DNA of 64,000 nucleotides from a virus (IMGVR_UViG_3300037067_007156:493519-557518), one strand, 5' to 3'; positions 12,323 to 23,372 are shown, counted from the stretch's first letter. Notes: generated by a model from the sequence alone, not told the origin. Numbers and translations: made by a program.

Positions 12323-13044
12323 AATGTATTACCTCAAACACCAGAATTAAATCGTAAAACTTGGAAGTATCTGGAAGATGATATTCGTTATTATGTTATG
12401 AGAAATAAAACACCATTATATGTTATAACAGGTGGCGTGTTTAGTTTTAATCCTAATTTTATTGGTGTTAAAAATAAAGTGGCAATACCAGAATATTTTT
12501 ATAAAATTGTTTATGACGATACTAATAAAAAAATGATTGCTTTTATAATACCCAATATAAAAAAACCGAATTCTGAATGTATTATGTAATATCTGTGGCT
12601 TGGGTTGAATTTTACACTGGTGTTGATTTCTTTCCAAATACTGATGAAAATTTTGAATTAGATTATACAAATAAAGTCGAAGAAGTTAATTGGCTTAAAA
12701 CCAAATAATCATGAAACGTTTTAAAAGTAATATAACTACCTTGTTTATTATTGGATTTATATTTTTTCTAATATGGGTGGCTATGTTAGATGAAATAATA
12801 TACTATAAGACATGTAAATACTCAATTTACACTATTGATATCGAATTATTAACTGGCACTCATAAGATTATAGAAGTAAGAGAACCATCAAATATACAAT
12901 TCCAAATAAATTGTCATTCTCGTAAAGGATATTTTAATGGATGTGACTTGGAAGCTGTTATACCACAAGGAGAATTGATTTTAGGTGGACATTGGTATGA
13001 TATACGATATGGTGTTATCGATTTTAAAATTCTAAATAAAAAAG

Positions 13045-13332
13045 ATGAATAAATTTTTAAACACTATGAAAAAATTATTTTTATTATTATCATTAGTTGG
13101 TGTGTTATTTACATTGACTTCTTGTAAAAACTTTAGAGCTAAAAATTGGGGTGGTAATGTAACCTATAAATTGAATGTAGGTGAAAAACTATTGAATGTG
13201 AGTTGGAAAGATGAAGATTTATGGGTTCTAACCAGAAAACGTTTACCTAATGAAAAATGTGACACTCTAATTTACCGTGAGGAATCCAATAAAAGTATCC
13301 GAGAAGGTTCAGTAACATTCATTGAGAGATAA
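13045..13332 (+). CDS. putative lipoprotein
   Basis: hydrophobic signal ending LTS-C. Confidence 0.6.
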   Translation: MNKFLNTMKKLFLLLSLVGVLFTLTSCKNFRAKNWGGNVTYKLNVGEKLLNVSWKDEDLWVLTRKRLPNEKCDTLIYREESNKSIREGSVTFIER

Positions 13333-13361
13333 ATAAGAATACGAAAAATTTATATTAAAAA

Positions 13362-13386
13362 TCCCGCTAATTGGCGGGAATTTTTT
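13362..13386. terminator. bidirectional intrinsic terminator
   Basis: TCCCGCT-AATT-GGCGGGA hairpin flanked by A and T runs between convergent ORFs. Confidence 0.75.
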
Positions 13387-13702
13387 AAATTATACAATAT
13401 AAGATTGCCGTTTTATCACCAGCTTTAGCTTGCTTATCCAATTTCTGAATAAATTTTCGAGTTTCAAGTTCATTTACAATACTATACCTTACTTTCGGGT
13501 TCAGAAAAAATTCATCTTTGTTTATATTATCAGATTCAGGTATAATCACTGATAATTCTTCATATAAATTTCCTTTATAAATTAAATAAACATTCAATTT
13601 ATTGTCTTTTAATGCTGTTTCAATATAATAAGTTTTATCACCAATTGATATTGGTTCTGACTTAAAATTTTCTTTAATATAAAATTCAAACTTTTTTATC
13701 AT
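13385..13702 (-). CDS. putative internal head protein
   Basis: likely start MIKKFEFYIKEN; TAATATATA just upstream. Confidence 0.55.
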   Translation of the reverse strand: MIKKFEFYIKENFKSEPISIGDKTYYIETALKDNKLNVYLIYKGNLYEELSVIIPESDNINKDEFFLNPKVRYSIVNELETRKFIQKLDKQAKAGDKTAILYCII

Positions 13703-14049
13703 AAACATATATATTAAAATAAAAATATTTATATGGACGATACACAATTCATAAATCCTAAAGAATTTCGAGAAAAAGGATATTTACAGGAATTAAATAG
13801 AAGATTCCTTCATCCGTTGGGAATGGCGTTAGCTATTAAAATATTAGATGATGAAACTGAGTATATTGCTGGTATTATTGATTTTAGAGATGATGAAGAA
13901 GGTTATTATTTTGATGTGAAAAATGGTGATACAGAACGATTAGGGAATTTTATAGAACGAAAAAAGTTCATTGATAGTGAAATTGAAAAACGAAAAGAAG
14001 TTAGAATGAAACTTTTTAATAGTAAATCAGAAATTGAACCGTTAGAATA

Positions 14050-14541
14050 ATGTATAAACTTACAATTGAACTCGTACCAGAAACATCTTTTTATAATAAT
14101 GTTCGTAGTGCTGTTTCACAATCAGAATGGGATTTTATTAGAAAAAAATGTTATAAAAGAGCTGGACATAAATGTGAAATTTGTGGTGATAAAGGCACTA
14201 ACCAAGGAAAGAAATATTCTGTCGAATGTCATGAAATTTGGGAATATGATGATGTCATGCATACACAGACTTTAAAAGGTTTGATAGCTTTATGTCCACA
14301 ATGTCATCAGGTTAAACATGTCGGGTTTGCAAGAATTAATGGTAAAGAAATAGAAGTTATACGACAACTTATGAAAGTTAATAAAATGACTTCTACCGAG
14401 GCTGATAAATATATTACTAATTCTTTTACTATATGGGAAAAACGTTCTGAAAAACAGTGGAAGGTTGATATATCCTATTTGGATTCTTATAAAAAAGAAG
14501 ACGATACCGAAGAATTATTCAGACCAAATAGTTTATTTTAA
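14050..14541 (+). CDS. HNH endonuclease
   Basis: CEICG...ECHEIWEYD...LCPQCHQVKH. Confidence 0.85.
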   Translation: MYKLTIELVPETSFYNNVRSAVSQSEWDFIRKKCYKRAGHKCEICGDKGTNQGKKYSVECHEIWEYDDVMHTQTLKGLIALCPQCHQVKHVGFARINGKEIEVIRQLMKVNKMTSTEADKYITNSFTIWEKRSEKQWKVDISYLDSYKKEDDTEELFRPNSLF

Positions 14542-14555
14542 AAATACACAGGTTA

Positions 14556-15311
14556 ATGATAGATATAGAAATAAATAAAATATACTATGAAAATTGTCTG
14601 TATACTATGAAGCGTATGCCAGATAAATTTGTTAATTTAATTGTAACATCTCCACCATATAATATGAACCTTAGAATAAGAAAAGGAAAATATTGTAGCA
14701 GACAGATTATTAAAGAAGAATTTTCAACAAAATATGATGGTTTTGATGATAATTTACCTATTGATACTTTTTATAAGACACATTATGATATATTAAAAGA
14801 AATTGTAAGAGTTAGTGAATTAACATTTTATGTTATACAAATTGTAACTGGAAGTAAAAGAGCATTTTTCAAATTAATAGGTGATTTTAGTGAATATATT
14901 AAAGATATTATAATTTGGGATAAAATAAATGCACAACCAGCAATGAAAACTGGTGTTTTTAATTCTCAATTTGAAATTATTTTAATACTTGGTGATAATC
15001 CAATATCAAGGCAATTTTCTAAATGTAATTTTGAACGTGGTGAGATGTCTAATGTTTGGAAAATTAAAAAAGAAAAAAGTTCAAATAAAAATCATAGTGC
15101 AATTTTCTCAACAGAATTGGTAAATAAAATTATTTTAAACTTTTCTAATGAAAATGATATAATATATGACCCATTTACAGGAACTGGAACTACACAAAAA
15201 TGTGCTATTTTAAATAATAGAAGATTTATAGGAAGTGAAATAGTGAAAAAATATTATGATGACGTTATTAATATTTTGAAATTAAAAAATGATAATGAAT
15301 ACACCCATTAA
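14556..15311 (+). CDS. DNA N4-cytosine/N6-adenine methyltransferase (beta class)
   Basis: TSPPY catalytic motif before DPFTGTGTT SAM motif. Confidence 0.92.
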   Translation: MIDIEINKIYYENCLYTMKRMPDKFVNLIVTSPPYNMNLRIRKGKYCSRQIIKEEFSTKYDGFDDNLPIDTFYKTHYDILKEIVRVSELTFYVIQIVTGSKRAFFKLIGDFSEYIKDIIIWDKINAQPAMKTGVFNSQFEIILILGDNPISRQFSKCNFERGEMSNVWKIKKEKSSNKNHSAIFSTELVNKIILNFSNENDIIYDPFTGTGTTQKCAILNNRRFIGSEIVKKYYDDVINILKLKNDNEYTH

Positions 15312-16098
15312 ATATTTCGGAGGAAAAGGGACAATGTTTAAAAATATTATAAAATATTTTCCAGTAATTGGTAGTTATGATACATATGTAGAACCATTTT
15401 CAGGAAGTTTTTCTATCGGACTCAAAAAAGATATCACACCAATTGAAATTTATAATGATTTAGATAAAAATGTATATTCATTATATAAAGTTATTTCAGA
15501 TAAAGATTTATTTGAACAATTCAAACAGAAATGTGATTTAACTTATTATTGTGCAGATTTAAGAACAGAATTTAAAGAATTATTAAAGAATCCAGAATTA
15601 AATTTAGTTGATAGGGCATTTTATTTTTTTGTTGTGAATCGCCTTTCTCACAATGGTATTGGAGGGATAAGTGTTAATACCGTTATCAGGAGAAATATGA
15701 GTAAATCAGTATCTGATTTTTTAAGTTCTGTCGATAGATTACCCGAATTACACCAAAGATTATCTAATTTAATTGTGTTAAATACCGATGGTATAGAATT
15801 AATAAAAAAATATGATAGAGAAAATGTTTTACAATTTTTAGACCCACCATACATGCAAAGTACTCGTACATCTTATCGATATAATTGTGATTTAGATTAT
15901 GATGGTCATATACGATTTTTAGATGTTATTTTAAATGTCAAAAAAGCAAAATTATTAATTTGTGGTTATGATTGTGAATTATATGATGTTTTAATTAAAA
16001 ACAATTTTAAAAAACAACAATTTATTGTTAATACCGTTGATGGTAATAGAACACCAAAGACTAAGACTGAAACAATTTGGTATAATTATAATATTTAA
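15295..16098 (+). CDS. Dam-like (D12 class) DNA adenine methyltransferase
   Basis: YFGGK, YVEPFSGS, IYNDLD, FLDPPY. Confidence 0.92.
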   Translation: MNTPIKYFGGKGTMFKNIIKYFPVIGSYDTYVEPFSGSFSIGLKKDITPIEIYNDLDKNVYSLYKVISDKDLFEQFKQKCDLTYYCADLRTEFKELLKNPELNLVDRAFYFFVVNRLSHNGIGGISVNTVIRRNMSKSVSDFLSSVDRLPELHQRLSNLIVLNTDGIELIKKYDRENVLQFLDPPYMQSTRTSYRYNCDLDYDGHIRFLDVILNVKKAKLLICGYDCELYDVLIKNNFKKQQFIVNTVDGNRTPKTKTETIWYNYNI

Positions 16099-16865
16099 TT
16101 ATGAAAAAAGAAAGAAAACCAAGAGGAGTAAAAAAGAATGGTACTATGTCTGAGGACTTATGTCCATATTGTTATTCATTCCGTTGTGATTCTGGTACAA
16201 TGTCAAAAAAATTCCGAGAAAAGGTTGAAAGACGAAGAAAAGCTGGTGTGTGTATAGCTTGTGGTAACAATCCTTGTAAATGTAAATCAAAATTATAAAA
16301 TATGGAACAAAATTTAACGATTGACCAATTAATTGAGTTTCTTTATTATGCACACATATACAACTTCTTAAACAAAAGAATTGTAGATGGACTAACACAA
16401 TCTTTTGATGTTGATGTAAATGATTTGTGCAGACAAAAAGGTATAACTTACAACTTATAATTTATAATGAGGGGGGTGGAATTCGGTAAAAGACAAATAT
16501 CCAAAAGATGGTATATTTGTTTTATGTTATACCGCTAAGTTTGGTAATGTCGGAAATGGTATCGGTGGATATGAAATTTTATTTTATAACAAAATTACTG
16601 AAAAATGGGAAAATAATAAATAAATTTAATAAATTTGTTATAAATAATATAACTAAATGGAACGGAATAATACAAAAACTGGTAAAAAATACGTTTGGTT
16701 AAGTCCAGATTATAAATTCTCAAATAGTTGGGATGAAGAAACCCAGAAAAGATTTATCACAGAAGAAGAATATAATAAAGCCTTTAAAGAAAAAGGTTGG
16801 CGATTAATTGAGTATACTTGTTTGAATGATGATAAATTTGAATTTTATAATATGATGAGGATGGC

Positions 16866-17651
16866 TTAGATAATGGTGTATGACACTTTCATGATATATC
16901 CGTCATCTACACCATCTATATCGGATTCTTGCCACCAGTATTCTAAATCATCAAATTTTAATTTGAGTGATTCCAATGCTGGTGTTAATCTTTCTTTTAC
17001 AACTTTCTCTATTGCTGTTTCTTTTCCAATACCTTTATATTCTGGTTTAGCATACAATGATTTCCAACATTCTTTTGACCAACCTTCAAAATAAATTATT
17101 TTATTTTCATCTGGTACATATTGTATAAATGTTTGATATTCATAACCATCCCAAGGGTCTAATAGCTCGTTATAATTTGGTTCATCAATATGAAATTTCA
17201 ATCCACCTTCATCACCTTTTTTAATCTTATTTAATACATCTTCAACCATGTCAGTTCGAAGTGCGTCAGAAAAATAAACACCATTATATTCTTCAAATTG
17301 TTTAACATATTTCGGTGTTTTAATATTACTAAAATTATATTTTAATTCGGGTCTTGTATTTATTAATGTGTTTTTCTGTTCAACATTCAATTTATATAAA
17401 ATATCTTGAAAAAATGTGACAAGCAAAGGTCTTTCTAATAAAACTCTTACAATATCTTCAGGTAATATTATTTTATCTAATTGAAAACGATAACCACTTA
17501 TTATTTGTGGATTATCTATTATTTCATCTGCAACTTTTTTACTTAACTTGATTGGGTTAGGTTTTAAAAAATCTAAATACTCATTAGTCATATCCAACGA
17601 ATTATCAAAAGAATATTCTTTAAATAATTTTAAATGTCTTTTTTTCTCCAT
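16866..17651 (-). CDS. putative head-associated protein
   Basis: HLKLFKEY and internal YVKQFEEY motifs. Confidence 0.55.
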   Translation of the reverse strand: MEKKRHLKLFKEYSFDNSLDMTNEYLDFLKPNPIKLSKKVADEIIDNPQIISGYRFQLDKIILPEDIVRVLLERPLLVTFFQDILYKLNVEQKNTLINTRPELKYNFSNIKTPKYVKQFEEYNGVYFSDALRTDMVEDVLNKIKKGDEGGLKFHIDEPNYNELLDPWDGYEYQTFIQYVPDENKIIYFEGWSKECWKSLYAKPEYKGIGKETAIEKVVKERLTPALESLKLKFDDLEYWWQESDIDGVDDGYIMKVSYTII

Positions 17652-18139
17652 ATTACAAAATCATTTTGAACACCTTCTAAATCTGCTTTAAGAAGTACAG
17701 ATAAAATGTTTAATATATCATCTTTAGATATTTTTTCTGTAAATAATTTATTTAGAGCATCTTTATTTATTAAATTAATCGGTGAAACGTTTACATTGAA
17801 AATAGTTATATTTGTTGGCATTTCAGTATAAAACATGTTAATGCAATAATTAGTAACATTTTCTTTAATTTTATCGATTTCATCGTTATGAAAACAGTAT
17901 ACATTCATTATAACTCGATTATTATTCAATATATCACCAGTGATATCATTTACTTTAATTAAATGTTTTTTTTCATCTATTATATCAATATATTGTTTAA
18001 ATGTACCATATTTCTTTTCAATAGCTGTTTTATGTAAGTCCGTTGCATATTCTACATTTGATAAAAATTCATCTATACTAACGTTAGGTATATAAAAATT
18101 TTCGAATAAATTATATTCACTAAATCTTTTAATTTCCAT
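17630..18139 (-). CDS. putative head-associated protein
   Basis: starts MEIKRFSEYNLFE. Confidence 0.55.
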   Translation of the reverse strand: MEIKRFSEYNLFENFYIPNVSIDEFLSNVEYATDLHKTAIEKKYGTFKQYIDIIDEKKHLIKVNDITGDILNNNRVIMNVYCFHNDEIDKIKENVTNYCINMFYTEMPTNITIFNVNVSPINLINKDALNKLFTEKISKDDILNILSVLLKADLEGVQNDFVIWRKKDI

Positions 18140-18448
18140 TTAAATATTATTATTTTTTATGAAATCATTGAAATTTAATATAACACTTTCACTCACTTTT
18201 TTATCTTTTATTGTGGCTTCTTTATCATCAATAATATCATTTAAAATCCTTCTTATTTCTTTTTCGTATTTTTCCACATTATCAAAATCCTTTTTACCTA
18301 TATAATTAATATCTTTAAGAAGATTTTTAAACGATGAATTGTGTTTAAAATATTTTCTTAAATATTTAACATCCATTTTAAACGTAAGATATTCGTTTAT
18401 AACCCTTTTTATTTTATTAACAATTTCATTCTTTAATTTACTATCCAT
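18140..18448 (-). CDS. hypothetical protein with C-terminal ILNFNDF motif
   Basis: first gene of a minus-strand unit behind a TATATA motif. Confidence 0.6.
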   Translation of the reverse strand: MDSKLKNEIVNKIKRVINEYLTFKMDVKYLRKYFKHNSSFKNLLKDINYIGKKDFDNVEKYEKEIRRILNDIIDDKEATIKDKKVSESVILNFNDFIKNNNI

Positions 18449-18511
18449 GTTTGTATATATAAAAAATCAACTATATTTTTTAATATATATAAATAAAAAT
18501 AAAGTATAATT

Positions 18512-19162
18512 ATGAAATCATTTGTGAAAGAATTTCTTGAAGATATAACTGTTAATCCAGCTAAATCTAAAGTTATAATAAAATGGATACTTTATATTTC
18601 TTTGGCTCTTATAGCTGGGGCATTTACTCTGGGTGTTATGAAAAGTGATAGATTTGATAAAATAAATAATATTGAAAAACGTGTTATGGAAATTCAAGTG
18701 TCTATCAATGATATTGACACTAAACTTTCTCTTTTGAATACTAAAACTGATTCCGGTTTTAAAATGGTAGATAAAAAATTATCTGATAATATAACAACTA
18801 CTGCTAATTTGATGAGTTCTTATCAAGGTTTTGTCCAAGGACAAATGGAAATTTTAATTGACTATGGTAAAGAAAATAAAGGATTATTAAAAAGTGCTTT
18901 ACTATTAAGACAAGAAGATAATCAAAGACTTATAAACCAGACTGTTAAATCGGCTATTGATGAAATAAATAAAAAATCGGATGGTGTTACATCTACCAGT
19001 GGTATTAATATAGTTAAAGATGGTGAAAATTATGGCACAACTGTCTATACAATGAAAAATGCTACCACTAAACAAATGGATAGTATATCTACCAATTTCA
19101 AAATTATGTCTGTTGAATTGCAGAATAATGGAAAATATAAAATTGTTTATAAAATAAAATAA
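18512..19162 (+). CDS. TM-anchored coiled-coil protein
   Basis: one TM segment then heptad-like region; TAATATATA at 18481-18489. Confidence 0.6.
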   Translation: MKSFVKEFLEDITVNPAKSKVIIKWILYISLALIAGAFTLGVMKSDRFDKINNIEKRVMEIQVSINDIDTKLSLLNTKTDSGFKMVDKKLSDNITTTANLMSSYQGFVQGQMEILIDYGKENKGLLKSALLLRQEDNQRLINQTVKSAIDEINKKSDGVTSTSGINIVKDGENYGTTVYTMKNATTKQMDSISTNFKIMSVELQNNGKYKIVYKIK

Positions 19163-19169
19163 CTATTTA

Positions 19170-19200
19170 TTTGGATTATTATTTTTATTTTTTATTTTTG
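19170..19200 (+). promoter_or_regulatory. Bacteroidota sigma-A-type promoter for the sigma gene
   Basis: TTTG 19170-19173, 19-nt spacer, TATTTTTG 19193-19200. Confidence 0.6.
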
Positions 19201-19235
19201 TCTCATTAATATTTTACACCCTTAATCAAAACTTG

Positions 19236-20087
19236 ATGAGACAACTAAAAATTGGTCAGAAAATCACCAGACGACACGAATCATTAACACTTGAAAAATA
19301 TCTTAATGATATATCCAAATTGGATATGGTCACACCTGATGAAGAAATTGAATTAGCAATAAGAATAAAAAGTGGTGACAGTGATGCCTTACAAAAATTA
19401 ATAAATGCGAATTTAAGATTTGTTGTATCTTGTGCTAAACAATATCAAGACCAAGGTTTATCACTTGCCGATTTAATCAATGAGGGTAATATCGGTTTAA
19501 TAAAAGCAGCTGAAAAATTCGACCACACAAAAGGTTTTAAATTCATATCCTATGCCGTTTGGTGGATTCGTCAGTGTATTTTACAAGCTTTAGCTGAAAA
19601 TTCGAGAATTGTTCGTTTACCTTTAAATCAGATTGGTAAAATGAACCAACTTAACAAAGCTCTTAATAAAAAAACACAGGAATATGAACGTGATGTGACT
19701 TATCATGAAATAGAAGACGAATTTTCCCTTAAAGGTATGGAATCAGTTTTATTTGCTGATAAAAGAGCATTATCAATAGATGCCCCTACAATAGAAGGTG
19801 AAGATACTCGTTATTGCGATGTAATGATTGATGAAGAATCGTTATCACCAGAGGAATCTTCGTTTGATACATCATTATCAATTGACTTGAATTCTGTCAT
19901 GAAAACACTTAATGATAGAGAACGTTTAATTCTCCAGATGTCATTTGGTATAGGTAGAGAAGAAATGTCTTTAGACCAAATAGCTATACATTTTAATGTT
20001 TCAAGAGAATGCATCCGTCAAATTAAAGAAAAAGCACTAAGAAAATTAAAATCACGTTCAAAAAAATTATTAACACAACATTTATAA
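19236..20087 (+). CDS. rpoD: RNA polymerase sigma-70 factor, Bacteroidota RpoD/SigA type
   Basis: MRQLKI start, NLRFVVSCAKQY, DLINEGNIGLIKAAEKFD, FKFISYAVWWIRQ, region 4 SRECIRQIKEKALRKL. Confidence 0.93.
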   Translation: MRQLKIGQKITRRHESLTLEKYLNDISKLDMVTPDEEIELAIRIKSGDSDALQKLINANLRFVVSCAKQYQDQGLSLADLINEGNIGLIKAAEKFDHTKGFKFISYAVWWIRQCILQALAENSRIVRLPLNQIGKMNQLNKALNKKTQEYERDVTYHEIEDEFSLKGMESVLFADKRALSIDAPTIEGEDTRYCDVMIDEESLSPEESSFDTSLSIDLNSVMKTLNDRERLILQMSFGIGREEMSLDQIAIHFNVSRECIRQIKEKALRKLKSRSKKLLTQHL

Positions 20088-20103
20088 TACGGTTTGGTTG
20101 GAT

Positions 20104-21033
20104 TTAGGTTGAAACAGGATGACATGAACATATTGTTATCCTGTTTTTTATTTTAAATAAAATAGTGGGAATATTTTTTGTTTCTTTATAAGATATTATC
20201 AATAATTTTATATTTTTATCACTACAAAAATTAACTTTAATATCATCTTTTATTTTTTGATTTTCAAATTTATTTTTTCCACCAAAATAATTTACTGGTT
20301 CGTAATGTTGTCTACCATTAAATTCAATCAAAATATTTTGTTCTGGTAAATAGAAATCAAAAAATAATTTTCGAATATGTTTACAATCATCAAAGGATTT
20401 TTCTCGGATATATTTTATACTGTTACTTACTAAATATTTTTCAATTTGTTCAACTCCTTTGGATGCACTTTTACATATTATACAACCATTTAATTTATTT
20501 AAATGATTATCTACTATTTGATTAAAAATATGATTACATTTTTTACATTTAAGTTTAATATATTTTACTTTGTTTTTATGTATTATATCTAAATAAAAAT
20601 ATTTATCACCATGAATCGATATACCTTTTTCTTTTATTTCATCTAAAGTGAAATTATAATTACCAGCACATTTAGGACATCCAGAGTTTTTATTTAAATG
20701 GTTATCTATTGAAGGTGTGAATATATTATTACATTTTTTACATTTTATTTTGATTCTGTTATTTTCTAATAGTTCAATATATTCATATTTTTCAGTATCA
20801 CCTCTTTGTATAATATCACTTATACTAAGTTTAACATTACCAGCACATTTTGGACAACTAATACCTTTTAAATGACTATATACATATTGTTTAAAGGTGT
20901 AATCACAGTCGTTACATTTTAATAAAAAATATTTTCGTTGTTTTATCACCTCGAATCCTAAATACTCAAACTTTTCACCATGTATATTTTTAGCTTTTAA
21001 AATTAAAGAATCATTCGAAATAATCTTAGGCAT
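20104..21033 (-). CDS. free-standing homing endonuclease (Zn-finger repeats + PD-(D/E)XK/Vsr-like domain)
   Basis: three CxxC...H...CPKC repeats; FDFYLP, LIEFNGRQHY, DDIK. Confidence 0.8.
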   Translation of the reverse strand: MPKIISNDSLILKAKNIHGEKFEYLGFEVIKQRKYFLLKCNDCDYTFKQYVYSHLKGISCPKCAGNVKLSISDIIQRGDTEKYEYIELLENNRIKIKCKKCNNIFTPSIDNHLNKNSGCPKCAGNYNFTLDEIKEKGISIHGDKYFYLDIIHKNKVKYIKLKCKKCNHIFNQIVDNHLNKLNGCIICKSASKGVEQIEKYLVSNSIKYIREKSFDDCKHIRKLFFDFYLPEQNILIEFNGRQHYEPVNYFGGKNKFENQKIKDDIKVNFCSDKNIKLLIISYKETKNIPTILFKIKNRITICSCHPVST

Positions 21034-21085
21034 TTATAAACTTTTTGAATTTGTTGTTATATATAAATAAAATAAGTTTTAATAT

Positions 21086-23053
21086 ATGACTGGTGAAGAT
21101 TTAACAATCAAAAAAGAGCGAATAAAAGAATTAAAACGTCTTATTGATGAAAAAAAGAAAGAGTACGACTATAACAAAGCTATGCAATTAGCATTGAAAT
21201 TAGTTATTAACGGTACATATGGTGCTTTTGCTAATAAACATTTTGTTTGCTCAAATGCAGATATTGCTAACGCTATTACTGCTCATGGTCGAGATGTTAT
21301 ACAATTTATGCTTAATAAAATAGAAAATTATTTTTATCATGAATGGCACAATGATACAGAAGCTCATTCCTTGTTAGGCATGGAATTTATTGGTTTAAAA
21401 GATAATATGTTTTGTTTTTATGATAGAAATTTAAACCAGTTGGGTTATCCAAAAAGTACTTTAGTTGAATTACTTGAAGTTCGAAATTTAAGTGCAAATG
21501 AAATTAAAAAAATAAATAATATTGAAAATAATAAAGGTATTGAAATTCAATACGAATATTTTGTTCATGATTTTAGTAACATAGTTCCATTGGATAATAA
21601 TCCAATTTTTACTAAAAATGGTGACACAGATTATGAAGGGTTCGTTGCTTATAAAGGAAAAAATCCACTAATTATATATGGTGACACGGATAGCGTTCAT
21701 AATCAGACAGTTATGAATATAAATGGGAAAAAAATAATAGTAGAAGATTGGTATAATAAAAATATAAAAAATGGTTCGGCTGGGGAAACATTAAAAGGTC
21801 ACGAATCTGTTAAAACTAATGATAAAATATTAAATTGGTCGAAAGATAAAGGATTGTATTATGCACCAGTAAAAAGAATAATAAGACATAAAGTAACAAA
21901 AGAAAAGTGGAAATTAAAAACCAAATCTGGTAAAGAAGTAATAGTAACAAATGACCATTCTATGATAGTTTTTAGAAATGGTGAAAAACTTGAAGTAAAA
22001 CCAAGGGATATTTTAAAAACTGATAAAATACTTCAAATTATAAAGAAATTAAAAGATATTAACAATTTAATATATGATTTTGAATTTGATGATATAGATT
22101 CTTGTGAATGTGTGGGTATGTTTGAAGATGAATATGTTTATGATGTGGAAGTAGATGATGATACACACACATTTATAGCTAATGATATATTAGTTCATAA
22201 TAGTCTTTATATATCATATACACCAATAATGAAATCTGTTGGGTATGAAGGTGATGGGTTAAAGTTCATTTTACACATGGATAATATAATAATTAAAAAA
22301 TTATTCAATAAATATTTAGATGAGTATGCAGCACCATATAAAGTAAAAAGTCTTCATGATTTCGAACTTGAAACAATAAGTAAGTCAGCATTATTTATTG
22401 AAAAGAAAAATTATTTAAATAATATTGTTTGGGAAGATGGTGTTCATCATGAAAACTTATCATATTTTTATCCAAAAGGTATTGAAATTGTTCGTTCTTC
22501 CACACCAGAATTTGTAAGAGAAAATGTTTATGATGTTATCAATTATATTTTTGGTAATCCTGATAATATAAGTCAACGGGTATTGAGGGATTTACTTAAA
22601 AAATTAAAAAAAGATTTTGAGTGGAAAAGTTATGAAAATATCGATAGTATAGCAATGACAACAAGTTGTTCTAACTATAATGAAAAGGTATTCGATGATA
22701 TACAATCAGTAGTTGTCGAAAAGGGTACACATTTTGGTGTTAAAGCAGCAGCTTTTCATAATTATTTATTGAATCAAAATAGTGAATATAAGACAAAATA
22801 TGATATGGTTAAATCTGGAAGAATAAAATACTTTCATTGTAAACACAACAAAGGTGATAATTTTGGTTATTATTTTGGTTATCTAAGGTCTTTTTATCCA
22901 AAGGAAGTAGTAGAAAAGGAAGGTATAGAAATTGATATTGATGAACAGTTCGATAAGACTTTTTTAAGTATTATCAATAGATTTATGAATCCACTCGGAT
23001 TCCCACCTTTTACAAAAGAGTTGGGGTTCTTTTCATCAATATTTGATTTTTAA
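21086..23053 (+). CDS. family B DNA polymerase, C-terminal part (fingers/palm/thumb), intein-containing
   Basis: motif B ALKLVINGTYG, ITAHGR, motif C YGDTD|S, KKNY, KGIEIVRSSTP; no exonuclease or motif A. Confidence 0.88.
   Translation: MTGEDLTIKKERIKELKRLIDEKKKEYDYNKAMQLALKLVINGTYGAFANKHFVCSNADIANAITAHGRDVIQFMLNKIENYFYHEWHNDTEAHSLLGMEFIGLKDNMFCFYDRNLNQLGYPKSTLVELLEVRNLSANEIKKINNIENNKGIEIQYEYFVHDFSNIVPLDNNPIFTKNGDTDYEGFVAYKGKNPLIIYGDTDSVHNQTVMNINGKKIIVEDWYNKNIKNGSAGETLKGHESVKTNDKILNWSKDKGLYYAPVKRIIRHKVTKEKWKLKTKSGKEVIVTNDHSMIVFRNGEKLEVKPRDILKTDKILQIIKKLKDINNLIYDFEFDDIDSCECVGMFEDEYVYDVEVDDDTHTFIANDILVHNSLYISYTPIMKSVGYEGDGLKFILHMDNIIIKKLFNKYLDEYAAPYKVKSLHDFELETISKSALFIEKKNYLNNIVWEDGVHHENLSYFYPKGIEIVRSSTPEFVRENVYDVINYIFGNPDNISQRVLRDLLKKLKKDFEWKSYENIDSIAMTTSCSNYNEKVFDDIQSVVVEKGTHFGVKAAAFHNYLLNQNSEYKTKYDMVKSGRIKYFHCKHNKGDNFGYYFGYLRSFYPKEVVEKEGIEIDIDEQFDKTFLSIINRFMNPLGFPPFTKELGFFSSIFDF
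21692..22201 (+). mobile_element. 170-aa mini-intein in PolB motif C
   Basis: begins S after YGDTD, block B VTNDHS, ends YVYDVEV...ILVHN followed by S; no LAGLIDADG domain. Confidence 0.9.
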
Positions 23054-23372
23054 AAATAAAAATAAAAATAATTATGAATTCGTTAACAGGTTATATTGGT
23101 TATATTTCATTAATCGCAATTGTAGTATTGATGATATCAATAACATTGTGTTTACAATTGTATAGTTCTAAGTTTCCATCTAAAAATGTAAAATTTAAAT
23201 TAGACGAAGTTAAAAGAGGTAATATGATTTTATACAGACCGCTTGTAAAACGTAAGTTTTGGGGATGGTCAACATTCAAAATTAAACAAGATGGAAAAAC
23301 TATTATTGCAGATAAAGCACAATTTCATAGTAAAGAAGGTGCTGAGAGATATATCGAATTTTATAAAAAAAT

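Larger units (their letters stand above)
10567..12708 (+). pseudogene. DNA/RNA non-specific endonuclease (NucA/EndA family) interrupted by TnpB element
   Basis: WVAYEL, YDRGYLAPAGD, ESFNMS (to 10917) continues in frame as NVLPQTPELNRKTWKYLE at 12323; IPEYFYK; frameshifted tail YVISVAWVEFYTGVDFF to 12708. Confidence 0.85.

Noticed and set aside
14050-16098. Restriction-modification system (HNH + two MTases)
   Set aside because: The HNH is a common stand-alone phage type and orphan MTases are routine in large phages; nothing shows cognate pairing.
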